From positions 497-64,496 of the forward strand of contig JACCSZ010000190.1 in NCBI GenBank assembly GCA_013812695.1: 64,000 bases of DNA, written 5' to 3'. Each line of letters opens with the position of its first letter. Position 1 is the first letter of the stretch. The notes under the pieces were generated by a model. That model was not told the DNA's origin. It saw only the letters and a program-made list of their open reading frames with translations, and did not search any database. This document shows positions 1 through 9,158 of this stretch, one piece after another. The position numbers and the translations under genes are program-made. This DNA comes from Gemmatimonadales bacterium (GTDB lineage: Bacteria > Gemmatimonadota > Gemmatimonadetes > Gemmatimonadales > GWC2-71-9).

Positions 1-1091
1 AGGTCCTCGCGGCGCTCGCGGCGATCCAGAATCCCCGGCTGGACAACGACCTGCTCTCGGCCGGCATGATCCGCGAGCTCGCGGTGACCGACTCGGGCGA
101 GGTGAGCTTCACGTTCCTCCTCACGCCCGAGGATCCCGCCACGCTCGTGCGGCAGGCGCGCTCGGCGGTGCAGGGGGTAGCCGGCGTGCGGCGGGAGGCG
201 ATCAAGATCACCGTCACCAATCCGTCGGGCCCCCAGCGCGCCACCCACGGTCCGCCGCCGACCGGTGCGCCTCCGGCTCCCGTGGCGGCGCCGACTCCGG
301 CCGAACAGCCGCATCTGGGGAGGATCATCGCGATCTCGTCCGGCAAGGGCGGGGTCGGGAAGTCCACGGTGGCCGCCAACGTGGCGGTCGCGCTCGCGCA
401 GGATGGATCGCGGGTCGGGCTCATGGACGCCGACGTCTACGGTCCCAATATCCCGCGCATGTTCGGCGTGTTCGAGAAGCCGCGGGTCCTGGACGGCAAG
501 ATCCAGCCGCTCGAGGCCCACGGCGTCAAGCTCATGTCGCTCGGCTTCCTGGTCGAGCGCGACGCCGCCGCCATCTGGCGCGGGCCGATCATCATGAAGA
601 TCGTCACCCAGTTCCTGCGCGACGTGAGCTGGGGCGAGCTCGACTACTTGATCGTCGATCTCCCGCCCGGCACCGGCGACGCGCAGTTGTCGCTGGTGCA
701 GGCCACCCAGGTCGCCGGCGCGATTATCGTGACGACGCCGCAGGAAATGGCCGTGGGCGATGCGCTCCGCGGCGCCAAGATGTTCGAGCGGGTAGGGGTG
801 CCGGTCATCGGCGTCGTGGAGAACATGAGCGGGTTCACCGATCCCGAGACCGGACGCCGCTTCGAGCTGTTCTCCTCCGGCGGCGGCCGCCGGCTGGCGG
901 AGGAGATCGGCGCGCCCTTGCTCGGGAGCGTCCCGCTCCAGCCGCGGCTCGCGGAGCTGGCCGATGCCGGCGAGCCGATCCTGATCGCGAGCCCCGACAG
1001 CCCCGCCGCCAAGAGCCTCCGCATGGTGGCGGATCAGGTGCGGCAGAAGACCGCCGGGCGCAGCGTGGCGCTGCCGATTCTTCGGAATTGA
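1..1091 (+). CDS. apbC: Mrp/ApbC/NBP35-family Fe-S cluster carrier ATPase, 5' end off the window
   Basis: The frame is open from the window edge (VLAALAAIQNPRLDNDLLSAGMIREL, DUF59-like N-terminal domain). Deviant Walker A SGKGGVGKST. The rest is typical Mrp (DADVYGPNIP, LIVDLPPGTGD). Confidence 0.85.
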   Translation, partial: VLAALAAIQNPRLDNDLLSAGMIRELAVTDSGEVSFTFLLTPEDPATLVRQARSAVQGVAGVRREAIKITVTNPSGPQRATHGPPPTGAPPAPVAAPTPAEQPHLGRIIAISSGKGGVGKSTVAANVAVALAQDGSRVGLMDADVYGPNIPRMFGVFEKPRVLDGKIQPLEAHGVKLMSLGFLVERDAAAIWRGPIIMKIVTQFLRDVSWGELDYLIVDLPPGTGDAQLSLVQATQVAGAIIVTTPQEMAVGDALRGAKMFERVGVPVIGVVENMSGFTDPETGRRFELFSSGGGRRLAEEIGAPLLGSVPLQPRLAELADAGEPILIASPDSPAAKSLRMVADQVRQKTAGRSVALPILRN

Positions 1092-1859
1092 TTGGTCAGC
1101 TTGCCGCTCATCACGCTGCTGACCGACTTCGGCACCTCGGACTCGTACGTGGCGGAGATGAAGGGCGTGCTGCTCGGCGCCTGTCCCGGTGCCGTGCTGG
1201 TGGATATCACGCACGCGGTGCCGCCGGCCGACGTGCGCGCCGGCGCGTATCTGCTCGGACGGGCGTGGCATTGGTTCCCGCCGGGCAGCGTACATCTGGC
1301 GGTGGTCGATCCGGGGGTCGGCACGGCGCGCGCGGCCTTGGCATTCCGCGCGCACGGGGCCTGGTTCGTGGGCCCCGACAACGGCCTGTTCACTCCGGTG
1401 CTCCGGGACGCGGAAGTCGAGATCGTCGTGCTTCCCACGCCGCCGCACGCCGCGCCGACGTTCCACGGCCGTGACCTGTTCGCGCCCGCGGCGGCTGCGT
1501 TGGCCGGCGGCACGCCGCTCCAGATGCTAGGCGAGCCGCTGACCGGTATGCCGACACGGCTGACCTATACCGAGCCGCACTACGAAGGCAAGTCGGTGGT
1601 AGGCGAGATCGTCTATGTCGACCGGTTCGGCACGCTCGTCACCAACTTGACGACGGAGGTGGTACCGCCGTACGCGGTGCTCGAGGTCGAGGACCTGGAT
1701 ATCGGCCCGCTCCGCCGCACGTTCGGGGACGCGCCGCCCGGCGGCCTGCTGGCGTACGTCGGTTCCGGCGGCGCGGTGGAGATCGCCGTGCGGGATGGCT
1801 CGGCGGCGCGGCGATTGGGGCTGGGAGTTGGCGGGAGGATTCGGGCGCGGCTGGGGTAG
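1092..1859 (+). CDS. SAM hydroxide adenosyltransferase (DUF62, chlorinase/fluorinase-fold) family protein
   Basis: N-terminus ITLLTDFGTSDSYVAEMKGVLL ... VDITH ... HLAVVDPGVG matches the DUF62 signature. TTG start lies directly after the apbC stop. Confidence 0.7.
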   Translation: MVSLPLITLLTDFGTSDSYVAEMKGVLLGACPGAVLVDITHAVPPADVRAGAYLLGRAWHWFPPGSVHLAVVDPGVGTARAALAFRAHGAWFVGPDNGLFTPVLRDAEVEIVVLPTPPHAAPTFHGRDLFAPAAAALAGGTPLQMLGEPLTGMPTRLTYTEPHYEGKSVVGEIVYVDRFGTLVTNLTTEVVPPYAVLEVEDLDIGPLRRTFGDAPPGGLLAYVGSGGAVEIAVRDGSAARRLGLGVGGRIRARLG

Positions 1860-1891
1860 CGTAGACCCAACCTCCTTTCGTCGCCCTGTCA

Positions 1892-1924
1892 CCCGTCATC
1901 CTTCGCTGCGCTCAGGATGACGGG
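1892..1924. repeat. REP-like palindromic element, copy 1 (half-size hairpin)
   Basis: CCCGTCATCC-ttcgctgcgctca-GGATGACGGG, a 10-bp stem. Contains the family core CCTTCGCTGCGCTCAGGATGAC. Sits between two convergent stop codons. Confidence 0.8.
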
Positions 1925-1932
1925 ATATGGGG

Positions 1933-2553
1933 TTACCCCGACGGCGCCACCGCTTCCCCTCCGCTCGATCGTCGCCCGAACCGCTTCACCGCCTGCCGAA
2001 AGAACCGGAACAGCCGCCAGATCAGCAGCAGCGCCAGAATCACCAGCACCGCCACCACGCCAGCGGTGAGCACCGGATACGTGGCCGCGAGCCAGGCGAG
2101 GAACACCGCGATCGAGTCCTCCGCCAGGCTCAATGCCCAGTTGCTCACCGGCTCCGGGCTCACGTTGGCGGCCGCGCGCGTGGTGGCCTTGGCGCTGTGC
2201 GACGTGAGCGCCACGCTGCCGGCGAGCAGCGCCGCGCCGATCTTCCACTGTTCGGGGACGCCGCCCGCGAAGGCGGTGTAGGACAGCAAGGCGGCCGCGG
2301 GCGGGCGGATGAAGGTGTGGACCGCGTCCCAGACGCTGTCTACGTACGGGATCTTGTCGGCGATAAACTCGACCACGAATAGCGCGAGCGCGATCCCGAG
2401 CACCACCGGATGGGCCAGCCCCTGCAGCGGCTCGGGGAGGTGCACGATGCCGAGCCGCTCGAACAGCCCCGCCGCCGCGACGGTGGCGTAGAGATTGAGC
2501 CCCGAAGCGAACGACGTGCCGAGCGCGAAGCCGAGAGTCTCGAGGGGAGACAT
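1933..2553 (-). CDS. DUF4126-like integral membrane protein
   Basis: Polytopic hydrophobic protein with the EFIADKIPYVDSVWDAVHTFIRP motif typical of DUF4126. Confidence 0.6.
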   Translation of the reverse strand: MSPLETLGFALGTSFASGLNLYATVAAAGLFERLGIVHLPEPLQGLAHPVVLGIALALFVVEFIADKIPYVDSVWDAVHTFIRPPAAALLSYTAFAGGVPEQWKIGAALLAGSVALTSHSAKATTRAAANVSPEPVSNWALSLAEDSIAVFLAWLAATYPVLTAGVVAVLVILALLLIWRLFRFFRQAVKRFGRRSSGGEAVAPSG

Positions 2554-2561
2554 GCTGGAAG

Positions 2562-3416
2562 CTACCTCTCACCTGACAGCCATTCCACCGTCACCCCCCC
2601 AACCGCGGTGGTCACGTGGATGTCCAAGTGCCGCGCCGCCTGGTCGTAGCCTGGTGATAGGTAGCTCCCGCCGCGGCGGACGAGCCCAACCGGCTCGAAC
2701 GTGGCGAGGAACTTGTCCAGTGTGATCCGCACGCCCACCTGGCGCGGCAGTCGAAGCGCCACCTCGCCCAGGGCCATCTTGACCTCGACGGACGAGCTCG
2801 ACGTCCACGTACCGCCGAAGTCGAGCGTCACCCGGCCCACTCCGCCTTCGAACGCGATCCGGTCGCAGCGGCTGTTGCCGAGCCCGAGCACCGAGAGCTC
2901 GGCGGCCCCCGCGCTCAGCGTGGCGGAGCGGCAGCGGGTGGCGTTGGGCCGGGAGAAGCGTACGGTCGCGCGGCTCGCGCCCGCCTCGAGCGCGAGATCG
3001 GTCAGCCGGAGCCCGCCCAGCTCGAGGTCGCCATCGACCGCGCCGAGCGTTACGTCCAGCGATAGATCGCTCTTCGGCGAGAACGTCACCGCGGCCGTCT
3101 GGCGCAGCCGGCCCTTGGAGACGACGCGGAGACCGCGCTGCCCCGACGCATGGAGGCCGAGCGCCACTCCGCCCCGGGCGGCGTCGTAGTCGCTGACCGG
3201 GAGGTAGCGATCGCCATCGTAGAGGACGTCCATGCGATACAGCTCGGAGGGCCGGCCCGCCGCGAGCCTGAGCCCGCCCGCGGCATAGTCGAGGCGGGCG
3301 TCGATCCGGGTCTCGCCGTGCCATTGCCGGTAGGTGCTGAAGGGCCGCATCGACTGCGCCGCGGCACTCGGCGCGGCGAGCACGAGTGTCATCGCCGCGA
3401 GGTGGAGCCGTCGCAT
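2562..3416 (-). CDS. Secreted toast-rack (DUF2154/DUF4097, LiaF/LiaG C-terminal-like) beta-rich protein
   Basis: Internal Met (MRRLHLAAMTLVLAAPSAAAQS) gives a signal peptide. Repeated beta-strand pattern (DLELGGLRLTDLALEAGASRATVRF, LSAGAAELSVLGLG, VGRVTLDFGG). Its ATG shares one nt with the upstream stop (TGATG). The longer 367-aa ORF-track N-terminus is rejected. Confidence 0.55.
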   Translation of the reverse strand: MRRLHLAAMTLVLAAPSAAAQSMRPFSTYRQWHGETRIDARLDYAAGGLRLAAGRPSELYRMDVLYDGDRYLPVSDYDAARGGVALGLHASGQRGLRVVSKGRLRQTAAVTFSPKSDLSLDVTLGAVDGDLELGGLRLTDLALEAGASRATVRFSRPNATRCRSATLSAGAAELSVLGLGNSRCDRIAFEGGVGRVTLDFGGTWTSSSSVEVKMALGEVALRLPRQVGVRITLDKFLATFEPVGLVRRGGSYLSPGYDQAARHLDIHVTTAVGGVTVEWLSGER

Positions 3417-4708
3417 CAGAGCCCCCGGGTGGGGGTCCGGGAACCCGGGCGCTTCGCGGCGGTCACGCCGAACTGCGGGGTGGCCCAGAGGTACTCGTCG
3501 GTCAGCGCCTCCGGCGGAATGAGCCGCCCCGCGAAGTTCGGGCGAATGCCCGCGCGGCTCAGGAGCGCGGCGCCGAAGCCGGCGGTGCCGAGGAGCCAGG
3601 TGACCAGGATCGCCGCGCCGCGAATGAGGTCGCCGGCGATCGGCACCCAGCCGAAGATCGACCACGCCATCCAGAATGCCGCCAGCGCGCCGAGTCCCAC
3701 GATCAGGTACCGATAGCTGTTGGGCGAGCCGATCAGGGCGCCGAGCGCGAGCCGCCGCCGGGTGTAGGTCTCGCCCATGGCGTGCGCCACCGCGAGATAC
3801 CCGCCGACGGCGGCGATGATGACCAGGAGCACGTACACCACCACCGCGAACGGCAACAGCACGATGCCGATCACGCTGAGGATCAGGCCGACGACGAGCA
3901 TGCCGAAGGTCGGGAGCAGCAGAAGCTGACCGAGCAGCCCCGTGGCGAACGAACGGGCGAACGAATGCGAGATGGTGTCCGACACGACCTCCAGGTTCGG
4001 CCGCCCGAACATCACCAGGCCGAACCCGAGCGCACCGAGCGTGAGGAACACGCCCACGACGCCCGCCACGCGCCGGAACACCGTCGCGACGGCGCTCGGC
4101 GCCGCCGGCTCGGTCCGGACCAGCGCACGCAACACCGATGACGAGCGAAAAGTCCGGACCTCGCCGCCGATCTCGCCGCCTTCGTCGCGCACCTCGCCGC
4201 CGAAGGTGAGGATGTCGCCCGACACCACGCCGCCAGGGTGGAGGACGACGTCGCCTTCGACCGTGACCAGATTGCCGAGCAGCTTGCCGTAGACGTCGGC
4301 GGTACCCTGGACGACGAGCAGATGACCCGTCACGCTCTCGTTCGACCCGATGCTGAAATCGCCGAGGCGCGCGGTGCCACCGGGAACGGTGACGCGCGCC
4401 CCTCCCTTGCGCGGGCGCAGCGCCGCGCGAAGCCGCGATTCCATGGTGATGGGCTTGCTCAGGTCGTCGAGGGAGACGGGCGGCTCGCTCGGGGGAGCCG
4501 GCGCGAGGGCCTGCGGAGTGGGATGCGGCTCTTGGGCGCCGTCACCTGCGTCGGGACTGCCGCGGACCTCGGACACCAGCGTCCAGAAGCCGTGCACCAG
4601 GTCTACGGCGCGGGAGCCGGTGGGATCGATTCGAGTGCCGGCGTGCGCCGCGCTCGGCACACTGAGCGCTCCGAGCGTCAGCGCCGCGAGGATCCTACGC
4701 GTGGGCAT
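3416..4708 (-). CDS. Exported bactofilin-like (polymer-forming beta-helix) domain fused to a C-terminal polytopic membrane domain
   Basis: Signal peptide MPTRRILAALTLGALSVPSAAHA. Bactofilin-type repeats follow (VTGHLLVVQGTADVYGKLLGNLVTVEGDVVLHPGGVVSGDILTFGGEVRDEGGEIGGEV). The C-terminus has about 6 hydrophobic helices. Confidence 0.55.
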   Translation of the reverse strand: MPTRRILAALTLGALSVPSAAHAGTRIDPTGSRAVDLVHGFWTLVSEVRGSPDAGDGAQEPHPTPQALAPAPPSEPPVSLDDLSKPITMESRLRAALRPRKGGARVTVPGGTARLGDFSIGSNESVTGHLLVVQGTADVYGKLLGNLVTVEGDVVLHPGGVVSGDILTFGGEVRDEGGEIGGEVRTFRSSSVLRALVRTEPAAPSAVATVFRRVAGVVGVFLTLGALGFGLVMFGRPNLEVVSDTISHSFARSFATGLLGQLLLLPTFGMLVVGLILSVIGIVLLPFAVVVYVLLVIIAAVGGYLAVAHAMGETYTRRRLALGALIGSPNSYRYLIVGLGALAAFWMAWSIFGWVPIAGDLIRGAAILVTWLLGTAGFGAALLSRAGIRPNFAGRLIPPEALTDEYLWATPQFGVTAAKRPGSRTPTRGL

Positions 4709-5303
4709 GGGCCACCTGCTGGGCCGGCAGTGCCAGGAGGCGACGGAGCGCGAGCACGCCGGCCACGTAGGCCAGCATCGCGAGCGCGGAGGCGAAACCG
4801 AGGCGGCCGGGATCGGCCGCCAGGGTCTTGAGCGTGGCGAACCAGGGCTGCTCGATGAAGGTCGATGCCACTCCCCGGACGCCGATCCAAGCGGCCTGGT
4901 TTGCCTGCGCCGCGAGCCAGCTGCCGACCGCCGCCAGCGTCTCCTGGTTGCCCAGGGTCCACACGACGCTGCCGGCCATGGAGCCGACCAGCAGGGCGAG
5001 CAGGCCGGCCGCGATGGCGGTGCTCCGGCGGGTGGCGAAGATACGGCGCCGAATCGACGCGAGCGGACGGGTGGCGAGCGGCTCCGGGATGGCGACGCGC
5101 GCCATCACCCGATCCGCGAACCCCGGGGCCGGGCTCATGAGTGGCAGCGCCCCGAGCAGCGCCACGATTTCCCGCTCGGTGTCCGCGCGCTCCTGGCAGG
5201 CGGGGCACTGCATGAGATGCTCACGCGGCGCCGGGGCGAGGCCACCGGCGAGGTGGGCGTCGATGTCATCGGGCGTGAGGTGGGACCCAGGAACCGGCAT
5301 CAT
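4695..5303 (-). CDS. Anti-sigma factor (zf-HC2 type) with transmembrane segments
   Basis: HLMQCPACQ (H-x3-C-x2-C) near the N-terminus, with hydrophobic helices downstream. Lies immediately downstream of the ECF sigma gene. Confidence 0.6.
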   Translation of the reverse strand: MMPVPGSHLTPDDIDAHLAGGLAPAPREHLMQCPACQERADTEREIVALLGALPLMSPAPGFADRVMARVAIPEPLATRPLASIRRRIFATRRSTAIAAGLLALLVGSMAGSVVWTLGNQETLAAVGSWLAAQANQAAWIGVRGVASTFIEQPWFATLKTLAADPGRLGFASALAMLAYVAGVLALRRLLALPAQQVAHAHA

Positions 5304-5340
5304 AAGTGGACCCTCCTACGGTGAGGACAGGAACGAGGTT

Positions 5341-5946
5341 TCACTCTTCCCTCAGGTGCGCCAGTGCGTGCCGAAGCTCATTCCGGGCGCGATGGATGTA
5401 GGTTTTGACGGTGCCGAGCGGCAGGTCGAGCAGCTCGGCGATCTCCTCGTACGGCCGACCCTCGACGTGGCGCAGCAGGATGCACGAGCGGTATTCGGGA
5501 CGGAGCCGGCCGATGGCGGATTCGATCGCGCCGCCGAGCTCCTTGGCCTCGACCGTGTCGAGCGGCGACTCCTGCCGCGCGCCGATCTGCAGCGCGGTGG
5601 CTTGCATCGCTTCCGGCGTTTCGGCGTGGGGAGAGCCGTCGAGCGACAGGGTATCGAGCTCGCGCCGGCGGAGGTGATCGATCGCCGCGTTGTTGGCGAT
5701 CTTGAAGATCCACGACGAGAACTTGAATTCGGGCCGGTACGATTCGATCGCCTTGAGCGCCTTGATGAACGTGTCCTGCGACAGGTCTTCCGCCAGCTCG
5801 CGGTCGCGCACCATCCGGAACAGCAGGGCGAAAATCGGGCGCTCGTAGCGGCGAATCAGCTCGCGATAGGCCACCTCACGTCCCGCCCGGGCCATGAGGA
5901 CGACCTCCTGGTCGCTGAGCCCGACCCACTCGGGCGTCTCAGCCAC
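5341..5946 (-). CDS. ECF-subfamily RNA polymerase sigma-70 factor
   Basis: Region 2 (YRELIRRYERPIFALLFRMVRDRELAEDLSQDTFIKA, FSSWIFKIANNAAIDHLRRR) and region 4 (YRSCILLRHVEGRPYEEIAELLDLPLGTVKTYIHRAR). Confidence 0.85.
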   Translation of the reverse strand: MAETPEWVGLSDQEVVLMARAGREVAYRELIRRYERPIFALLFRMVRDRELAEDLSQDTFIKALKAIESYRPEFKFSSWIFKIANNAAIDHLRRRELDTLSLDGSPHAETPEAMQATALQIGARQESPLDTVEAKELGGAIESAIGRLRPEYRSCILLRHVEGRPYEEIAELLDLPLGTVKTYIHRARNELRHALAHLREE

Positions 5947-5996
5947 CTGGGCGCCGCCTTGCGAACGGTCTCCTCGCCGGACTACATTGAGCGCCT

Positions 5997-6725
5997 ATGT
6001 TAGCCTCGGATCGTGAGTTACCCGTCTCTGGCGGTCCCGACAAGCGGGTCTATGTCCGCGAAATTTTCACCGCCATCGCCCCGACGTACGACCGCCTCAA
6101 CCGCCTTATCAGCTTCCGATTCGATCAGCGCTGGCGGCGGCACGCGGTGCGGCGGCTGGGGTGGGAACGAAAACCGGACGGAATCTACCTCGACCTCTGC
6201 GCGGGAACGCTCGACTTCGCGGCCACGCTGGCGCGGCAGGCCGGGTTCCGCGGCCGGGTCATCGGTGCCGATTTCGTGACGCCGATGCTCAGGCTCGGCC
6301 GCGACAAGGCCGCCCGCGTGGATCCGGTGGCGGCCGACGCGCTCGAGCTGCCGTTCCCGGAGGCGTCGTTCGACGGCGCGATGGTCGGGTGGGGGGTGCG
6401 GAACCTCGTGGACCTCGACGCGGGGCTCGCCGAGGCGGCGCGCGTGCTCCGGCCAGGCGGCCGCCTGGTGATCCTCGAGATGACCTTGCCGCCCCAGCCG
6501 CAGCTCCGCCGGGTCTACGAGTTCTACTTCCGGCGCGTGCTGCCATGGGTCGGTCGGCGGATCTCCAAACATACGACGGCGTATACATGGCTACCAGCGT
6601 CCACGCTGGCCTTTCCGGGCCCGCCCGAGCTGGCGCGCCGGTTTGCAGCGCAGGGATTTACCGAGGTGTCGTACCGCTTGTTCATGGGCGGGGTATGCGC
6701 GATGCACGTGGGGACGCGGAAGTAG
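5997..6725 (+). CDS. ubiE: Demethylmenaquinone/ubiquinone C-methyltransferase (UbiE/MenG)
   Basis: VREIFTAIAPTYDRLNRLISFRFDQRWRR plus the SAM-binding YLDLCAGTLD, and the typical UbiE C-terminus. Confidence 0.85.
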   Translation: MLASDRELPVSGGPDKRVYVREIFTAIAPTYDRLNRLISFRFDQRWRRHAVRRLGWERKPDGIYLDLCAGTLDFAATLARQAGFRGRVIGADFVTPMLRLGRDKAARVDPVAADALELPFPEASFDGAMVGWGVRNLVDLDAGLAEAARVLRPGGRLVILEMTLPPQPQLRRVYEFYFRRVLPWVGRRISKHTTAYTWLPASTLAFPGPPELARRFAAQGFTEVSYRLFMGGVCAMHVGTRK

Positions 6726-6776
6726 CACGGGGGGGGCGGCCCTCCACGCAGGACATTCACTCGACTTCGGACCTTC

Positions 6777-8255
6777 ATGCCCCTCGACAACCTCCGCCAG
6801 TTCATCAAGGAAATCGACCGCCTCGGCGAGCTCGTGCGGATTGCCCATCCGGTCCGCGCGCGGCTCGAGGTCGCCGAGATCGCCGACCGGTGCATGAAGA
6901 GCCCACGCGGCGGTCCAGCGCTGCTGTTCGAGCACGTGCTGCTGGACGACGGCAAGCGGAGTCCGCACCCGGTCGCCATCAACCTGTTCGGCTCGATGCG
7001 GCGCATGTGCCTGGCCCTCGGGGTGGACGACCTCGACAGCATCGGCGGCCGGATCAGCGAGATGCTCAACCTCAAGGTGCCCGAGGGACTGTTCGGGAAG
7101 CTGGCCATGCTGCCCAAGCTCGCGGAGATCGGCAAGTTTCCGCCCCGGCTCAAGAGTGGGCGGCCGCCGTGCCAGGAGGTCATTCTTCGAGGCGACGCGG
7201 TCAATCTCGACCAGATTCCGTTTCTCACCACGTGGCCCGGCGACGGCGGGCGCTACATCACGCTGCCGATGGTCATCACGACCGACCCGTCGCGCGGCGT
7301 CCGGAACGTCGGCATGTACCGGATCCAGGTCCTCGGACGCGATACGCTCGCGATGCACTGGCAGCGCCATAAGGTCGGCGCCGCGCACTGGCGCGAGATG
7401 GCCGGGCGCGGCGAGCGCATGCCCGTGATCATCGCCCTGGGCGGCGACCCGGCCAGCATCTACTCGGGCTCCGCGCCGCTCCCACCCACGATCGACGAGT
7501 TCATCTTCGCCGGGTTTCTCCGGCGGGCGCCGGTCGAGCTGGCGCGCGCCGTCACCTGCGACCTCGACGTGCCCGCCGAGGCGGAGTTCGTGCTCGAGGG
7601 GTACATCGACCCCGCCGAGCCGCTCGTGCTCGAGGGTCCGTTCGGCGACCACACCGGCTTCTATTCGCTCGCGGACTACTATCCGCGCGTGCACGTCACC
7701 GCCATCACGGCCCGGCGCGACCCGATCTACCCGGCCACCCTCGTCGGCCCGCCGCCGATGGAGGACTACTACCTGGGCCACGCGACCGAGCGGATCTTCC
7801 TGCCGCTGCTCAAGCTGACGGTCCCCGAAATCGTGGACTACCATATGCCGCCGGCGGGCATCTTCCACAACCTGGTGTTCGTCTCGATCGACAAGCAGTA
7901 TCCGGGGCAGGCGTACAAGGTGATGAACGCGCTCTGGGGGCAGGGGCTCATGTCGCTCGCCAAGGTGCTGGTGATCGTGGACCGGCACGTCAACGTCCGG
8001 AACCCGGACGAGGCGTGGTGGATCGCGCTCAACAACATCGACCCCGAGCGCGACGTCCGGTTCACCATGGGGCCGATGGACGTGCTCGACCACGCGAGCC
8101 GCGGATTCACCTACGGGAGCAAGATGGGCATCGACGCGACCCGGAAGTGGAAGGAGGAAGGGTTCACGCGCGAGTGGCCGGAGCTGATCACGATGGACCC
8201 GGAAACCAAGCGCCGCGTCGACGAGATGTGGCCGCAGCTCGGGCTCGCCCTGTGA
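6777..8255 (+). CDS. ubiD: UbiD-family (prenyl-FMN dependent) aromatic acid decarboxylase
   Basis: 492 aa with N-terminus LRQFIKEIDRLGELVRI. Conserved GGRYITLPMVITTDP, GMYRIQV, EGPFGDHTGFY. Confidence 0.85.
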   Translation: MPLDNLRQFIKEIDRLGELVRIAHPVRARLEVAEIADRCMKSPRGGPALLFEHVLLDDGKRSPHPVAINLFGSMRRMCLALGVDDLDSIGGRISEMLNLKVPEGLFGKLAMLPKLAEIGKFPPRLKSGRPPCQEVILRGDAVNLDQIPFLTTWPGDGGRYITLPMVITTDPSRGVRNVGMYRIQVLGRDTLAMHWQRHKVGAAHWREMAGRGERMPVIIALGGDPASIYSGSAPLPPTIDEFIFAGFLRRAPVELARAVTCDLDVPAEAEFVLEGYIDPAEPLVLEGPFGDHTGFYSLADYYPRVHVTAITARRDPIYPATLVGPPPMEDYYLGHATERIFLPLLKLTVPEIVDYHMPPAGIFHNLVFVSIDKQYPGQAYKVMNALWGQGLMSLAKVLVIVDRHVNVRNPDEAWWIALNNIDPERDVRFTMGPMDVLDHASRGFTYGSKMGIDATRKWKEEGFTREWPELITMDPETKRRVDEMWPQLGLAL

Positions 8256-9151
8256 CGGCTCCCGCCCGTGAGGGCCAGACGTTCGGTGGCCAGTCCCTGT
8301 TGGTCCGCTACGCGAACTTCGTCAAGCTGCCGCACACGCTGTTCGCGCTGCCGTTCGCGCTGCTCGGCGTGCTGGCCGCCTCGCGGATCGCCCCGGTCAC
8401 GGCGCGCACCGTGGCGCTCGTCGTGCTGGCGTTCTCGGCCGCGCGCTGGGCGGCGATGGGCTTCAACCGCGTCGCCGACCTTCGATTCGACGCCCGGAAT
8501 CCGCGCACCAGCAACCGTGAGCTGCCCACCGGCGCGCTGACCTCCACGCAGGCCTGGATCTCGATCGTGGCGGCCGCGGCGCTCTTTCTCGGGGCCGCGG
8601 CGCTGCTCAACCCGCTCTGCCTGGCGCTGAGCCCGGTGGCGCTCGCGTGGGTGCTCGTCTACAGTCTCGCGAAGCGCTTCACCTGGTGGCCGCACCTGTG
8701 GCTTGGCTTGAGTCTGGCCATCGCGCCGGTGGGCGGTTATCTCGCGGTGACCGGGCGCTGGAGTGAGCCGGCCTGGCTGCTCCTGGCCGTCACGCTGGCC
8801 GTGGCGACGTGGGTGGCCGGCTTCGACATCTTCTATGCCCTGCCCGACGCCGGGTTCGATCGGGACCATGGGCTCCGCAGCGCCGTCGTGCGGCTGGGCG
8901 AGCGGCGGGCCATCGGGCTGGCCAAGCTGCTGCACGGCGTCACGATTCCCGCGCTCGCGCTGTTCGGTTGGGGCGCGGGGTTCGGCCTGTGGTACTTCAC
9001 CGGCCTCGCAGTCGCGGCCGGAATCCTCGCGTACGAGCACCAGCTCGTCCGCCCGGGCGATCTGTCGCGGCTCGACGCCGCGTTCTTCACGATGAACGGG
9101 GTCATGTCGGTCACGGTCTTCGGCTTCGCGCTCGCGGATCGGCTGCTGTGA
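8252..9151 (+). CDS. ubiA: UbiA-family aromatic prenyltransferase (4-hydroxybenzoate polyprenyltransferase-like)
   Basis: GTG start overlaps the ubiD stop (GTGA). Polytopic, with FVKLPHTLFALPFALLG, NRVADLRFD and NRELPTG motifs. The ORF-track N-terminal extension (8015-8251) lies inside ubiD and is rejected. Confidence 0.8.
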   Translation: MTAPAREGQTFGGQSLLVRYANFVKLPHTLFALPFALLGVLAASRIAPVTARTVALVVLAFSAARWAAMGFNRVADLRFDARNPRTSNRELPTGALTSTQAWISIVAAAALFLGAAALLNPLCLALSPVALAWVLVYSLAKRFTWWPHLWLGLSLAIAPVGGYLAVTGRWSEPAWLLLAVTLAVATWVAGFDIFYALPDAGFDRDHGLRSAVVRLGERRAIGLAKLLHGVTIPALALFGWGAGFGLWYFTGLAVAAGILAYEHQLVRPGDLSRLDAAFFTMNGVMSVTVFGFALADRLL

Positions 9152-9158
9152 GGCGCGC

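Noticed and set aside
6591-8093. 500-aa ORF on the minus strand across ubiD
   Set aside because: It is antisense to a strongly recognisable UbiD gene. Its translation is Arg/His/Pro/Gly/Asp-rich low complexity with no motifs. This is the typical shadow ORF of very GC-rich DNA.
8015-8251. Long N-terminal extension of the UbiA ORF (378 aa version)
   Set aside because: It lies entirely inside ubiD in another frame and is Arg/Pro/Gly-rich. A GTG overlapping the ubiD stop gives a normal-length UbiA.
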